Shown: positions 8,102-18,471, counted from the stretch's first letter. The stretch is 64,000 bases of DNA from an uncultured Phycisphaeraceae bacterium (GCA_964425365.1 CAYRND010000001.1:1708-65707); one strand, 5' to 3'. Program-made: numbers and translations. Notes: generated by a model not told the origin, from the sequence alone.

Positions 8102-9289
8102 TCAATCGCAGGCAGGCTCCACACCGGTATGCCGGCTGCGTTTGCAGTTCAAAGCGAGTTCGTACAGGAACTTATCATATTTTACAATCATCCGGTCGAC
8201 ATTGAAACAGGCGAGTGCCCGTCTGCAGCCCTCGTTGCCCATTTTTCTGGCGGATTCGGGATCCCGGATCATACGGCCGAGGGCATCGGCAATTGCCTGA
8301 GGATCACGTGGCGGGACGAGCAGGCCGGTTTTTCCCTCCTGTACGACTTCGGGGATACCATCGACGCGAGTGGCGACGATGGGCAGGTTCCTCGACATGG
8401 CTTCCACCAGAACCATGCCGAAGCTTTCCCAGAGTGAAGCGAGGCAGAATATATCAAGTCCCCACATGAGTCGTGTCACATCGTTTCGCCAGCCGGTGAA
8501 GATGACGGAGGATGTGATGCCCAGGTTGTCAGCGTGTGTTTCCAGTTCAGGTTTAAGCGGGCCGTCGCCCATGATTACGAACCGTAGGTCATTCCGGTTC
8601 CGGCAGAGGATAGCGGCTGCTTCGAGCAGGTAGCTTAATCCTTTCTGCGTTTCACAACGTCCGGCGGTGCCGATGACAATGTCGGTCTCTTCGAGTCCGA
8701 GTTCACGTCGGATGGCGCGTCGGTCGGCCGGCTCGGCCTGATCGATTTCGACTGAGTTGTAAATGACATCGACCTTGTCGGGTTTCATGATGCCTGTGTT
8801 TCGGCCGTATTCCTTCATTGCGTTCGATACGGCCACGTACTTCGTGGTGGGCAGGTCCATTGCGCGTTCGATCCAGTGATAGATGATTCGCGTGAGCCAT
8901 ATCTGATTGGGATGGGAAGCGTAGACCTGAAGGATCATGACGCGAACAGGCACGCCGGTAAGCCATGCTGCAACGCGACCGAGCAGGCCGGCGATGGAGC
9001 ATTCCATACAGACCATCTGGAATCGCTCCTGCTTCATCAGTCGGCAGATTTCGAAGAACCCTCTGATGTTGGTCAGTGGGTTCAGTTTTCTTGACATGGT
9101 GAGTATATGAACGGGGATATCAAGCTGTTTGAACTGGTCGTCAAGTACGTAGCCGGGGCTGAACGCGGCGGTAAGCTCGAACCGGTCCCGCGGCAGATAT
9201 CGTGCCAGGTAATACGCATGGAGTCCAGCGCCGCCGGCGGTACTGGTAATCAGTAGTAACGTTTTAATTGTCTGCTTTCTCTCTTCCAC
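8102..9289 (-). CDS. Glycosyltransferase, GT4 (GT-B fold)
   Basis: N-terminal ITSTAGGAGLHAY, and the C-terminal EX7E region ESFGMVLVEAMSRNLPIVATRVDGIPEVVQEGKTGLLV. Confidence 0.85.
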   Translation of the reverse strand: MEERKQTIKTLLLITSTAGGAGLHAYYLARYLPRDRFELTAAFSPGYVLDDQFKQLDIPVHILTMSRKLNPLTNIRGFFEICRLMKQERFQMVCMECSIAGLLGRVAAWLTGVPVRVMILQVYASHPNQIWLTRIIYHWIERAMDLPTTKYVAVSNAMKEYGRNTGIMKPDKVDVIYNSVEIDQAEPADRRAIRRELGLEETDIVIGTAGRCETQKGLSYLLEAAAILCRNRNDLRFVIMGDGPLKPELETHADNLGITSSVIFTGWRNDVTRLMWGLDIFCLASLWESFGMVLVEAMSRNLPIVATRVDGIPEVVQEGKTGLLVPPRDPQAIADALGRMIRDPESARKMGNEGCRRALACFNVDRMIVKYDKFLYELALNCKRSRHTGVEPACD

Positions 9290-9295
9290 GATGAT

Positions 9296-10513
9296 TTACA
9301 CCTGTTTCGGGTTTGGTTGTCTGTGGTTCTGAATTAGATTCCGGTAAAGATAATCGAGTCGTTCGCCGAGCAACTGTCCGCTGCAATGTCTGCGAACGAA
9401 ACTCGGGCCATCTGCGAGAGCGTTTACGTGCAGATTCGTATTGTCGAGTGCCTTCGCCAGCGTATTGGCGAGAGGCACTATTTCGGGCGTATCAATGAGC
9501 AGGCCGGTCTGATCGTGTTGTATCAGTTCAGGGATGCCGCCGGTCCGCGTCGCAACGACGGCGACGCCGGTAGCGAGTGCCTCGATAACCACAACGCCGC
9601 AAGGCTCGCCCCAGACGGAAGGTACGGCAACGACTCGCGAACGTTGGTAGAACCCAGGCAGCTCCGAATGCGTTATTGTACCACAGAACCGTACATTTCG
9701 ACCGAGATTCAGATGTTTAACGCAATTCTTGCACTGGTTGATATACGAGCCGTGTTCAGTGCCGCCCGTTTCCGGTCCGATGATATGGAGTTTGATTTCA
9801 GGCCGGTCCTGGGCGAGTATACCAATCGCCTTGATCAGTTCCATGACGCCCTTTTCGGCTGCAATACGTCCGACGAAGAGGATATCGATCTCCTTTCGGC
9901 AATTCCTGTCGGGCTTGAAAAGCTGTAGATCAACGACATTAGGGATAATACTTATCCGTGATGAATCAAATTTGTGGTGGTTTTGGATAGCGTCATGGAT
10001 AAAGCGGCTGATGGCGACGAGGTGATCGGTATGGGTAGCGATGAACCGGTCGACGACTCTGCCGCAGGCTGCCGCTGCCCACCGCAGTCCGAATGCGGGG
10101 TAAGCCATTGCTTCGGCCGCTTTCCAGTTATGCACGTGGTAGACGTTGATCCAGGGGTCACGTCGGAACAACCCTGTCGCCGTCATCAGGAGACAGGGGT
10201 AGCGGTAATGATGATGCACGATATCGGGTTTCAGGTCACTGCATTGTTTTCGGGCGAGACGGCTGAATGTATAGACGTTTTTCAGCATGGCGGTCATGCT
10301 TGTACAGCGGTGGCTTTCACCTGTCAGTTGATGATAGGTAGCGTTTTCGTGATTGCGAGTTCGCGTGGTATTGTCAGGTGCGACGGTCATGACATGTATG
10401 TCGTGTCCGCGTTCGGCCAATGCGCGTATCTGTTCACGGACCTGCGATTCGATACCGCCGGTGGTGTACTCCGGTAGTGAATGCAGGTTGGTTGATACGA
10501 TACAAATTCGCAT
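9296..10513 (-). CDS. Glycosyltransferase, GT4 (GT-B fold)
   Basis: MRICIVSTN..TTGGIESQV, and GEPCGVVVIEALATGVAVVATRTGGIPELIQHDQTGLLI. Confidence 0.85.
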   Translation of the reverse strand: MRICIVSTNLHSLPEYTTGGIESQVREQIRALAERGHDIHVMTVAPDNTTRTRNHENATYHQLTGESHRCTSMTAMLKNVYTFSRLARKQCSDLKPDIVHHHYRYPCLLMTATGLFRRDPWINVYHVHNWKAAEAMAYPAFGLRWAAAACGRVVDRFIATHTDHLVAISRFIHDAIQNHHKFDSSRISIIPNVVDLQLFKPDRNCRKEIDILFVGRIAAEKGVMELIKAIGILAQDRPEIKLHIIGPETGGTEHGSYINQCKNCVKHLNLGRNVRFCGTITHSELPGFYQRSRVVAVPSVWGEPCGVVVIEALATGVAVVATRTGGIPELIQHDQTGLLIDTPEIVPLANTLAKALDNTNLHVNALADGPSFVRRHCSGQLLGERLDYLYRNLIQNHRQPNPKQV

Positions 10514-10525
10514 GGCGTTTTCGTT

Positions 10526-11596
10526 TCAGGGGGTATCGGTCATGGCGATGTTCGCCCGTTCCGGTTGAAAGGTATTGTGATGAGGTATCCGTGTCAGGCC
10601 GGTGAGATACTTGATCTGTTTGCCCAGCCCATGCAGCCGTGCGAGCGTCAGGCCCTGTCTGACCGGGTGGTCGCGAGTGAGCCATCGGCAGAATCGGCCG
10701 GGGATCGAACAGTGAGTCAGTGCCGGCGGAGTTTCATTCAGTTCATCGAGGTATGAGCGTGCGGCGTGGTTATAAGGAGAGAGTTCGAAAGTCAGTTGAT
10801 TGTAATAAGCTCGCGGATTACCGCACCAGTTTGTCTGCGGCCGGACATCCCATATTTTCGGTTCCGCTCCGTGCAGGAGAGGCGGGACATGTTCGCGGCC
10901 GCACCGCCTGCGTTCGGTTGCCGTGAAGCCCGCCGGTCCGACACATTGAGCGATTTCACTGCCGCGTCGGATGGTATGAAGCGGGATATGGCTGAACGCT
11001 TTGGATCCGACCAGTGCGGTGAGAACATCCTGATCGCCCTGGAGGTGGATGGGTCTGACGGCCATCGGGTGGATCGTCTGCGCTTTGCGGTAACAGGGCA
11101 GTTCCAGCATTTCCCGCCAGGCCATCAGCAACTCGCGATGCGAGGGTGTCACGCGTATGACACCGCTGCTGAGTGTCGCCGTCAGTCGGCGCCCGACGTC
11201 GAGGCCCCACAGTTCCGTGCGGATGCTGCCCCCGGGATGGCGGTCCCAGTCCCATGCTTCCGAGACGACCAGATCCTGATCGTTTCGATTCGTGAAGAAT
11301 CTGCGGATATCACTTGTGAGGATGATATCGGAGTCGAGCCAGATCAGTTCATGATGTCCTTCGTCGAGCAGTCTGAGCAGCAGGCTGGGTTTGACATCCC
11401 AGCCGTGTGTGGTGAAGTCGGGATCATATCGCATGTCGGCATGTGGGAATCTGTTGAGCCATGACGTGAACCCGGGCGCCTTGGCCGGATAGCTGATCAG
11501 AACCTGCACGCCCGGGCAATGCCGGTTGATACTCAGTACGAGCAGTTTCATACCGAGCAATGCTTTCGGGCGGTTGTCGTAGGTGCAGATCAGCAT
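10526..11596 (-). CDS. Putative nucleotide-diphospho-sugar transferase (GT-A-like, GT8-like)
   Basis: A DxD-like motif WLDSDIILTSD, and an N-terminal Rossmann-like strand MLICTYDN. This is only a weak family assignment made by eye. Confidence 0.5.
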   Translation of the reverse strand: MLICTYDNRPKALLGMKLLVLSINRHCPGVQVLISYPAKAPGFTSWLNRFPHADMRYDPDFTTHGWDVKPSLLLRLLDEGHHELIWLDSDIILTSDIRRFFTNRNDQDLVVSEAWDWDRHPGGSIRTELWGLDVGRRLTATLSSGVIRVTPSHRELLMAWREMLELPCYRKAQTIHPMAVRPIHLQGDQDVLTALVGSKAFSHIPLHTIRRGSEIAQCVGPAGFTATERRRCGREHVPPLLHGAEPKIWDVRPQTNWCGNPRAYYNQLTFELSPYNHAARSYLDELNETPPALTHCSIPGRFCRWLTRDHPVRQGLTLARLHGLGKQIKYLTGLTRIPHHNTFQPERANIAMTDTP

Positions 11597-12909
11597 GTGG
11601 AATGCATCCTGTTTACAGGTTCTGATTCCTTCTGTCCCAGTGACGAGCGGATGATGTCCAGCTCACTTCGCATCAGGTGTTCCCAGTTCAATTCACGGCT
11701 TTCCCGTACCGCGTTATGGATCATTCGCTGTCGTTCATGATCGTTATCAAGTATTCGGCAGATTGCCTGTTCGATCGCTGGTGTCTGGTCGGGAATGACC
11801 AGTCCGCAGTCGAACCGGCGGACCATATCACCGGCTTCGGTATCATCCGTTGCGATGACGGGCATGGCGGCGGCCATGTACTCGATGACCTTCAGTGGGC
11901 AGGCGTATTGTCTGAACGGAACAGGCCGGGAGTTCGCCAACCCGATGTGTCCATCGGCCAGGATATCGGGAATCCGGTGATTGCTTATCGATCCGAGGAA
12001 TCGGCAGTATTGTTGCAGGTTCATTGAATCGACAAGAGTCTTAAGGCAGGCTTCGTAAGCGGGCAGTGCTTTTCCGATAATCAGAAGTCTCACCTGCGGG
12101 TGCCGGTTGATGACGGCGGGCAGTGCCCGTATGGTCTGTTCGAGTCCGCTCCAGTGGACGATGTTGCCGACGTAGACGAGGTTGGCGCCCGGTGTCTTAT
12201 TTGTTCGTGCGGTTTCGAACCGTTGCCAGTTCACACCTGTGGGGATGTAATGGATTGTGCGAGGTGTTTGTGACTGCCGCAGCGCGATGAGCCTTCTGCT
12301 GTTTGCAACGACCTGTTTTGCCCGTCGGATCATCTGCGATTCGAGCCATGCGGTAAAGCGGAACCGTAGTCCTTCGGGCATCAGTGCGGCTTCATAGTCG
12401 CGGTCTTCGTAAACGAGCAAATCGACCCGGTTCATCTTCCGCAGCAGCCATGCAACGGCACTACCCCAGGGGCCGAAGCCGACGGCGGCATGATACCGTC
12501 CTCGCAGGCAGAAAAATGAGGCAATCAGAAAGCAGGGAATCACAAACACAAGCCTCAGTCCGGCCAGTCCGGCCAGCCATCGGATGAGGCGGTATTTCAG
12601 ATTCAATCGTGCCGGGTTCGCGTGTACACCGGCCCGGGCATTGGTGCCCAGGCCGCCGAAGTAATTGAAGAAGGGATCAACCCGGATCATCGTCAGGTCA
12701 ACCTGTTTCCGGCGTCGGCACGACATGGTGATGCAGTCCATGGCCATCTGCCATTTCCGGGTCGACCGGTTAGTGACTTTGTACATGACAGTCACCTCAC
12801 AGCCCAGGGCGTGATATTCTCTGGCCATGTTATGTTCACGGTTGTTCCACGCATCGGTGTAATCGAGAGGCGTAATAAGAAGTATCCGCAGGGGTGATCG
12901 TGTGTTCAT
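11590..12909 (-). CDS. Glycosyltransferase, GT4-like, with an internal hydrophobic insertion
   Basis: LRILLITPLDY..; the C-terminal PLKVIEYMAAAMPVIATDDTEAGDMV; and a hydrophobic segment LAGLAGLRLVFVIPCFLIASFFCL. The start at 12909 gives an ATGA overlap with the upstream stop, whereas the track start is 12939. Confidence 0.75.
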   Translation of the reverse strand: MNTRSPLRILLITPLDYTDAWNNREHNMAREYHALGCEVTVMYKVTNRSTRKWQMAMDCITMSCRRRKQVDLTMIRVDPFFNYFGGLGTNARAGVHANPARLNLKYRLIRWLAGLAGLRLVFVIPCFLIASFFCLRGRYHAAVGFGPWGSAVAWLLRKMNRVDLLVYEDRDYEAALMPEGLRFRFTAWLESQMIRRAKQVVANSRRLIALRQSQTPRTIHYIPTGVNWQRFETARTNKTPGANLVYVGNIVHWSGLEQTIRALPAVINRHPQVRLLIIGKALPAYEACLKTLVDSMNLQQYCRFLGSISNHRIPDILADGHIGLANSRPVPFRQYACPLKVIEYMAAAMPVIATDDTEAGDMVRRFDCGLVIPDQTPAIEQAICRILDNDHERQRMIHNAVRESRELNWEHLMRSELDIIRSSLGQKESEPVNRMHSTC

Positions 12910-14165
12910 GGCGTTTTCACCTCCGCGTGTTTCACACATCGCTGATACAGATCAGTCATGAGATGGAGGTGGTGATCCGGGCTGTATAGCTTTTCGACCG
13001 AATGTTTTGCGTTTTCACCCAGTTGTGACCGGACCGTATCGTTGCGGATGAGTGTGCGTAATGCCTCTGCAAGAGCGTCGACATCGCCGTGTTCCACCAT
13101 CAGGCCGTTGACGTTATCGATCAGCCACTGGCTGATACCCCCGGCATTGAACGCGACGACGGGTCTGGCGAACGACATGGCCTCGATGCCCGCCAGTCCG
13201 AATGACTCGGGTATCAGTGACGGCATGACGAGCAACGAGCATGACGCATAGGCTGTTTGAAGTTCGTCGGCGTTCAGTTCGCCTGTAAATTGGACACGGT
13301 TCTGAAGTCGGTACAGATGGACTTGCTGTTTCGCCTCGTCCAGTAGCGGGCCGTCGCCGATGATTTCCGCGGTCCATGACTCGCCGCCGATCCGGTAGAA
13401 GGCGTCGATCAGTTTCAATATGCCTTTTTCGGGAATCAATCTTCCTGTGAAGAGAATGCGGCATGGCTGGTTGCTATTCTTTGCGGTCGCTTTGATGCCG
13501 GCGAACCGTGAATAGTTCGGAATAACCACGACTTGTCTTTCATCCATACCGTTGACGATACACTGCGATTTCAAATAGGCGCTGGGTACAATCACTGCTT
13601 TTGCGCATCGCATTGCATGGATATGAAGTGGTTGGGCAGCCACGCGGAGCAGGTCGGTCGCCGGCGGGGATAGTCTGCCGATCCGGTAACAACCGCTGGT
13701 GAGGCATCCCAGACCCGCCGGCCTGTCGCAAATCACGCCGTCGGGTAGAAGCTTGGTCTGGTTGAAGCACAGAGATGTGACGTCGTGTAGTGTGCAGACG
13801 ACGGGTACCCACCGGCTGAGCCGGCTGATCAGAGTGGGATGCGTTGCGTAGTAGATGGAATGGATATGGACGAGGTCGGGATTTTCGGTGTGAACAATTC
13901 GCCGGAGTTGCGAATACGTTCGCCGGCCGTTGCGATAGCTCAGCTTGCCGATGCGATAATGGCCTTCGTTGTTGTTGTGGAGCTGGTCGACCGAGATGGT
14001 ATCGGTGATTCGAACGGTGACGACCTCGATCCCCTGTCGCCGGAGAGCATGTACCAGTCCGTCCAGGTAGACACCGATACCACCGCCAGCCATCGCCTGG
14101 GCCTGTATCCGGCCGTTGGTGTGGGAGAAATCGATCGGTTTGGAATAGAGTTGAAGTACTTTCAT
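12906..14165 (-). CDS. Glycosyltransferase, GT4 (GT-B fold)
   Basis: MKVLQLYSK..GGGIGVYL, and ESFGLAGIEAMSFARPVVAFNAGGISQWLIDNVNGLMV. The start at 14165 gives an ATGA overlap with the upstream stop, whereas the track start is 14216. Confidence 0.85.
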   Translation of the reverse strand: MKVLQLYSKPIDFSHTNGRIQAQAMAGGGIGVYLDGLVHALRRQGIEVVTVRITDTISVDQLHNNNEGHYRIGKLSYRNGRRTYSQLRRIVHTENPDLVHIHSIYYATHPTLISRLSRWVPVVCTLHDVTSLCFNQTKLLPDGVICDRPAGLGCLTSGCYRIGRLSPPATDLLRVAAQPLHIHAMRCAKAVIVPSAYLKSQCIVNGMDERQVVVIPNYSRFAGIKATAKNSNQPCRILFTGRLIPEKGILKLIDAFYRIGGESWTAEIIGDGPLLDEAKQQVHLYRLQNRVQFTGELNADELQTAYASCSLLVMPSLIPESFGLAGIEAMSFARPVVAFNAGGISQWLIDNVNGLMVEHGDVDALAEALRTLIRNDTVRSQLGENAKHSVEKLYSPDHHLHLMTDLYQRCVKHAEVKTP

Positions 14166-15031
14166 GGCATTGCGTGTACTCGTGTCATCAGCGATTCGAA
14201 CGCCGCCGGGGTACATTCGTAAAACGCCTCGAAGTATCCTCTGCCGCGTCCGAAATAGATCGATCGGTATGCAGACAGTCCTTCCATTGCACGGATGTAA
14301 TCAATTCGGCGGGTCTGGCTTTCGAAGCATGCGAGTGCCTCTCGCTTACGGTCGATCAGGTTGCCGATATCAATCAGTCTGTTGGCGTGCAGCGGCGACC
14401 AGACTTCGTATCCGCGAAGCAGGCAATTGTTTGTCCGGCTCAGGCCGGCAATGTGCAGGGCGGCGGCGAGAATGCGATTCGTCGTCCAGTGATCGTCATG
14501 GCTGTCCATGACGGACGGATGGTAGATCAGTTGCGGCTTGTGCTGTGAGAGCCACCGGGCCAGTGTCTGGATGTATTGTTCCGTGGGTGCCAGATTTCCG
14601 TCGGGTCCGTCGAGGAAAACCAGTTCGTTGATATCCATCACACGAGCTGCGTTGTGAGCTTCCTGTTTGCGGGTACGTATCAGTGCCTTTTCAGCCTGGT
14701 GGATGGCCGATTCGGCCAGGTTGGTTGTGTACAGGTCGGGATCGCCTTTCGATCCATCGGTCAGGTAGATGACGGTGACGGCCGCGCCGGCCTGCCGGTG
14801 ATGCATGACGGCGCCACCGCAGCCGATGGTTTCGTCATCCATATGCGGCGCGAGGACAAGTACGGTATTCGCATGGAATTGAGAGATCATAACGGGCGGC
14901 TTATCGCGTTCATCGAGCAGCAGAGCCAGCCGGATATGGTTCTTAACGCCCCGCGGCACGAGCGTGCGGTAAGTTAATCGAACCAGGATTCGCAGCAGTC
15001 GTTTCATCGTCTTTTCGTGGTCATCTATCAA
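14162..15031 (-). CDS. PIG-L / LmbE family N-acetyl-sugar deacetylase
   Basis: VLAPHMDDETIGCGGAV (the AHPDDE-type metal site), and a second motif SVMDSHDDHWTT (HxDH). Confidence 0.8.
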   Translation of the reverse strand: MIDDHEKTMKRLLRILVRLTYRTLVPRGVKNHIRLALLLDERDKPPVMISQFHANTVLVLAPHMDDETIGCGGAVMHHRQAGAAVTVIYLTDGSKGDPDLYTTNLAESAIHQAEKALIRTRKQEAHNAARVMDINELVFLDGPDGNLAPTEQYIQTLARWLSQHKPQLIYHPSVMDSHDDHWTTNRILAAALHIAGLSRTNNCLLRGYEVWSPLHANRLIDIGNLIDRKREALACFESQTRRIDYIRAMEGLSAYRSIYFGRGRGYFEAFYECTPAAFESLMTRVHAMP

Positions 15032-15045
15032 GGCCGTTCGCCGGG

Positions 15046-15849
15046 TCAGTACTGGGCGAGTGTGCCTGTCATTTTGGTGTACTGCACTGCGAGGTAGAAA
15101 CTCGTCAGTGCCAGCGGCAGGAGGACGGCGGCGAACAGGAGCAGGATGAGCAACTGTGGAATCAGAGACGCCGTCGATGCTCCTGTAAGCAGTGCCAGCC
15201 GCATACCCTCGAGGCCGTGTGTAATCGGGATCAGCTTCGAGAGCACCTGCATGAATTCGGGCATCAATTCGATCGGGTACATCACACCGCCGAGGATAAG
15301 CGAGGCGATAGAAAGCAGGATATTGAGCATTTCGCCCCGCTTGATGACGACGATCAGGCTGGCGGAGATCATGCCGAACGATGCGAAGCTGAGGATGCTC
15401 AGCAGCAGGATAAGCATGGCGGCCGGAATATTAGCGCCCTGGATATCCAGGCCGAAAAGCAGTCCCACCAGGATATACAGTATGAAACGGACTGTGGTTT
15501 GAACATAGACGTACAGCGAGGAGTAAATCAGGACTTTCGTCAGTGATGTCGGCGAAAGGAGTACGATTTCAAGTGTACCCATGAGCTGGCTGTCTCGCAT
15601 GCTCTGGTTGAATGTCCGCAAGCTGACTGAGAGGTAATCGAGGAACGCGATTCCGATGAGCAGGAAGGCGAAGTAGTTACCGTCGTAGCGATCGAGGAAG
15701 CTGGAATCGGACGATGCGAAGAGTTTACCGAAGAAATAGAAAACCGGAACCGACGCGAGGATATACAGGACCTGCAGAGCGAAGGCCGTGCGATAGCTGA
15801 CGGCGATGAAGAAATCACGTTTCAGAAACGCCAGTGGCAATCTGATCAT
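15046..15849 (-). CDS. ABC-2 type transporter permease
   Basis: 267 aa with six predicted TM helices. It has a 4-nt overlap with the upstream ATPase gene. Confidence 0.8.
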   Translation of the reverse strand: MIRLPLAFLKRDFFIAVSYRTAFALQVLYILASVPVFYFFGKLFASSDSSFLDRYDGNYFAFLLIGIAFLDYLSVSLRTFNQSMRDSQLMGTLEIVLLSPTSLTKVLIYSSLYVYVQTTVRFILYILVGLLFGLDIQGANIPAAMLILLLSILSFASFGMISASLIVVIKRGEMLNILLSIASLILGGVMYPIELMPEFMQVLSKLIPITHGLEGMRLALLTGASTASLIPQLLILLLFAAVLLPLALTSFYLAVQYTKMTGTLAQY

Positions 15850-16892
15850 TCTGTTTCCTCCGTTTCCCGTTTACGATTCTCCTGCCCGATCAGGTAGTGG
15901 AAGATATTATCGAATGACAGTTCTATTTCACTGCAGTGCAGGAGGTCTCCGCCGCTTTCGATGACGGTGCGAATGAACTGTGCGAATCCGTCGGACTGGC
16001 GTTTGAAGCTGACCTGAAGCTCGACGGCGCCGTTTCGGCCGCCGATCTGAGCGGGCAGTGCTGCATGGCAATCCGCGGCGATTTGTGAAAGTTGATTTTC
16101 AGCGAGTCTGCCGATTCGCAATTCATAGGTCAGGCTGTCATCGACCATTCTTCGCAATTCATCGAGGCTGCCCACGGCGATCATCCGGCCGTGGTTCATC
16201 AGCGCGATACGCTTACAGAGCATCTGTATTTCGTTGAGGTTGTGCGAGGTAACGAGGATGGTGGGATTCCACAGGTCGATGACCTGATCACGAATGATGC
16301 GTACGATTTCCGCGGCGCCGATCGGATCGACGCCCTTGGTCGGTTCGTCCATGAAGAGGATTTTCGGTTTGCTGAGCAGGCCTCTTGCCATTGCCAGTCG
16401 CTGTCGCTGGCCGGTGGAGTAGGCATCAAAGCGTTTATCGGCGATTTGTTCGAGTCCGAGCAGGTTGAACAGTTCATCCATCCACCTGCGTGCATCAGTC
16501 GGGTGAAGATGGTACAGGTCGGCGAAGAACGCCAGGTTCTGTCGTCCGGTCAGTCGCCAGTAGAAGCTCCGTTCGTTACTGGTGACCAGGCCGACGCGTT
16601 TTCGCACGTGGTGTCCTTCCCTGGCGACGTCATATCCGTCGATGGTAGCCGAGCCGGAAGTCGGCAGCAGCATATTGGTGAGTATTTTGATGAGTGTGGT
16701 CTTCCCGGCGCCGTTCGGGCCGACCAGGCCGAATATCTCACCGGCGTGAAGGGCCAGGTCGATTTGATCGACGGCGGTGATTGTTCTTCCGCCGGTCTTC
16801 TTCCGCTGGAAAAGCGAGCCGGACCCATTGAACACGCGTGTCAGGCCGTGGGCCTCGATCAGGTATGCGGGCTGTGCTGATGCTCTGCTCAT
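15846..16892 (-). CDS. ABC transporter ATP-binding protein (DrrA-like, with a C-terminal extension)
   Basis: Walker A GPNGAGKTT, signature YSTGQRQRLAMARGL, Walker B ILFMDEPTKGVD, H-loop TSHNL. A C-terminal extension of about 100 aa is present. Confidence 0.88.
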   Translation of the reverse strand: MSRASAQPAYLIEAHGLTRVFNGSGSLFQRKKTGGRTITAVDQIDLALHAGEIFGLVGPNGAGKTTLIKILTNMLLPTSGSATIDGYDVAREGHHVRKRVGLVTSNERSFYWRLTGRQNLAFFADLYHLHPTDARRWMDELFNLLGLEQIADKRFDAYSTGQRQRLAMARGLLSKPKILFMDEPTKGVDPIGAAEIVRIIRDQVIDLWNPTILVTSHNLNEIQMLCKRIALMNHGRMIAVGSLDELRRMVDDSLTYELRIGRLAENQLSQIAADCHAALPAQIGGRNGAVELQVSFKRQSDGFAQFIRTVIESGGDLLHCSEIELSFDNIFHYLIGQENRKRETEETE

Positions 16893-17698
16893 GATATTTG
16901 TAATTGGTCCTGTTGCATTCTTCTGTTGTCGAAGCAGTCTCTATTCATATCCACTCTCCGGCTCAGGATATCGACATTGTTTTCTTCAGTTTCATAGGCA
17001 AGGCAGGCGGTAAAATCCCTGCATCCGCAGTCAATGGTGTGGAACGCCCATTGGCGGCCGGGTTGATCCGGGTCATTCACCGTGAACTGGTACAGGTCGG
17101 GATTCATGGGAAGTTCAAAGGTGTCAAGGTCTCTGATCAGACCGGTACCCGTGGCCTTGAGATAGGCCTCTTTGCGTGTCCAGCCGGTGAAAAACGCGAG
17201 GTTGTGATCTTTCATGGCATGTAGTTCAATTTTCTCCCCGGGTGCGAAATACCGGTTGATAATCACGTCGTTCATAACGTTGGGATTGATATATTCGATA
17301 TCCACGCCCAGTCGGCGTTTGAGTCTGAATCCCATGATCAGCCTGTTCCGCGAGTGCGATACGTTGAATTGGAGTTCATTTCCCGGCAGGATCGGTTTGC
17401 CGAACCCGGTTTCGTCGAATTGGATTACAGCGGGTTTGATACCGGTGTATTCTGCAATAAGCAGCCGAAGCAGTGTACGTCGGAATATAAAGCGGCGTCG
17501 ATCACGATCAAAGCGGAAGCCGTTTGCCCGGGCGCGTTCCATCTCATCCAGCAGGTTCTGCGGGAACGGTTGCCGATCAGACGTTTCGGGCAGTGAGATG
17601 ATCCACAGATGCACCTGGTTTCTCTTGAGCGGGGCAAAGGCAATGCCCGGTGATTGGATGGCCGTATTGGTGATCACGACAACCTCGCTTCGGTACAC
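16889..17698 (-). CDS. 4'-phosphopantetheinyl transferase, Sfp type
   Basis: GKPILPGNELQFNVSHS, LGVDIEY and FFTGWTRKEAYLKATG. Confidence 0.85.
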   Translation of the reverse strand: MYRSEVVVITNTAIQSPGIAFAPLKRNQVHLWIISLPETSDRQPFPQNLLDEMERARANGFRFDRDRRRFIFRRTLLRLLIAEYTGIKPAVIQFDETGFGKPILPGNELQFNVSHSRNRLIMGFRLKRRLGVDIEYINPNVMNDVIINRYFAPGEKIELHAMKDHNLAFFTGWTRKEAYLKATGTGLIRDLDTFELPMNPDLYQFTVNDPDQPGRQWAFHTIDCGCRDFTACLAYETEENNVDILSRRVDMNRDCFDNRRMQQDQLQIS

Positions 17699-18462
17699 AG
17701 GTTCATGATGGTATGCAGGTCACGGCAGAGGAACTGGAAAAAAAGCTGCAGATCGGATTGAATGAAGAAGTGGTGTCCCGGGAACATGCGTACAGTGAAT
17801 GTTTCAGAAGTCCGTTGTCGCCAGGCATCGACTTCGTCGCGGTCAACCGTATGGTCCTGCAGTCCGCCGTAGGCGAAAATCGGGCAATCCAGAGGGGGAT
17901 GATCCTGATAGGAACAGGTTTCACACAACGTAAAATCGGAGCGTAGAACGGGCAGGATCAGATCGAGCAGTTCACGTGATTGCATGACCTCCTGCGGCGT
18001 TCCCTGAAGACATTGCAGTTCATGAATGAACTCCGGTTCGGGCAGATTTCTCAAGGGCGGCCGGGTATCGGGTTTCTGCGGCGCCCGGCGAGCCGAGACA
18101 ATGAGTCCGGCGGGCATCGTCAGGTTTGATGTATGTATCCGCCGCAACCATTCATATGCCAGCAGGCCGCCCATACTGTGTCCGAAAACGGCGTACGGTT
18201 TATTTTCCCACGGTTGCGGGCAATCTGCCATGAACGATTCGATCAGTTCGTCGGCGCGCTGGACGGGCGGTTCGCTGAACCGGCTCTCCCGGCCGGGCAG
18301 TTGAACGGCGCAGAGTTCGACTTCGGGCGGCAACATCGCCTGCCACGGCCGGAAGAACTGTGCCCCGCCGCCGGCAAAGGGGAAGCAGATCAGTCGCAGC
18401 TTCGCCGCGGGGTTCGGCTTGAATATTTTGAGCCAGCGATGGTGTAGATCGTGGTACGTCAT
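17674..18462 (-). CDS. Type II (editing) thioesterase
   Basis: LICFPFAGGGAQFF, the nucleophile elbow GHSMGG, and the C-terminal FPGHHFF. Confidence 0.85.
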   Translation of the reverse strand: MTYHDLHHRWLKIFKPNPAAKLRLICFPFAGGGAQFFRPWQAMLPPEVELCAVQLPGRESRFSEPPVQRADELIESFMADCPQPWENKPYAVFGHSMGGLLAYEWLRRIHTSNLTMPAGLIVSARRAPQKPDTRPPLRNLPEPEFIHELQCLQGTPQEVMQSRELLDLILPVLRSDFTLCETCSYQDHPPLDCPIFAYGGLQDHTVDRDEVDAWRQRTSETFTVRMFPGHHFFIQSDLQLFFQFLCRDLHTIMNLCTEARLS

Positions 18463-18471
18463 AATGGCAAA

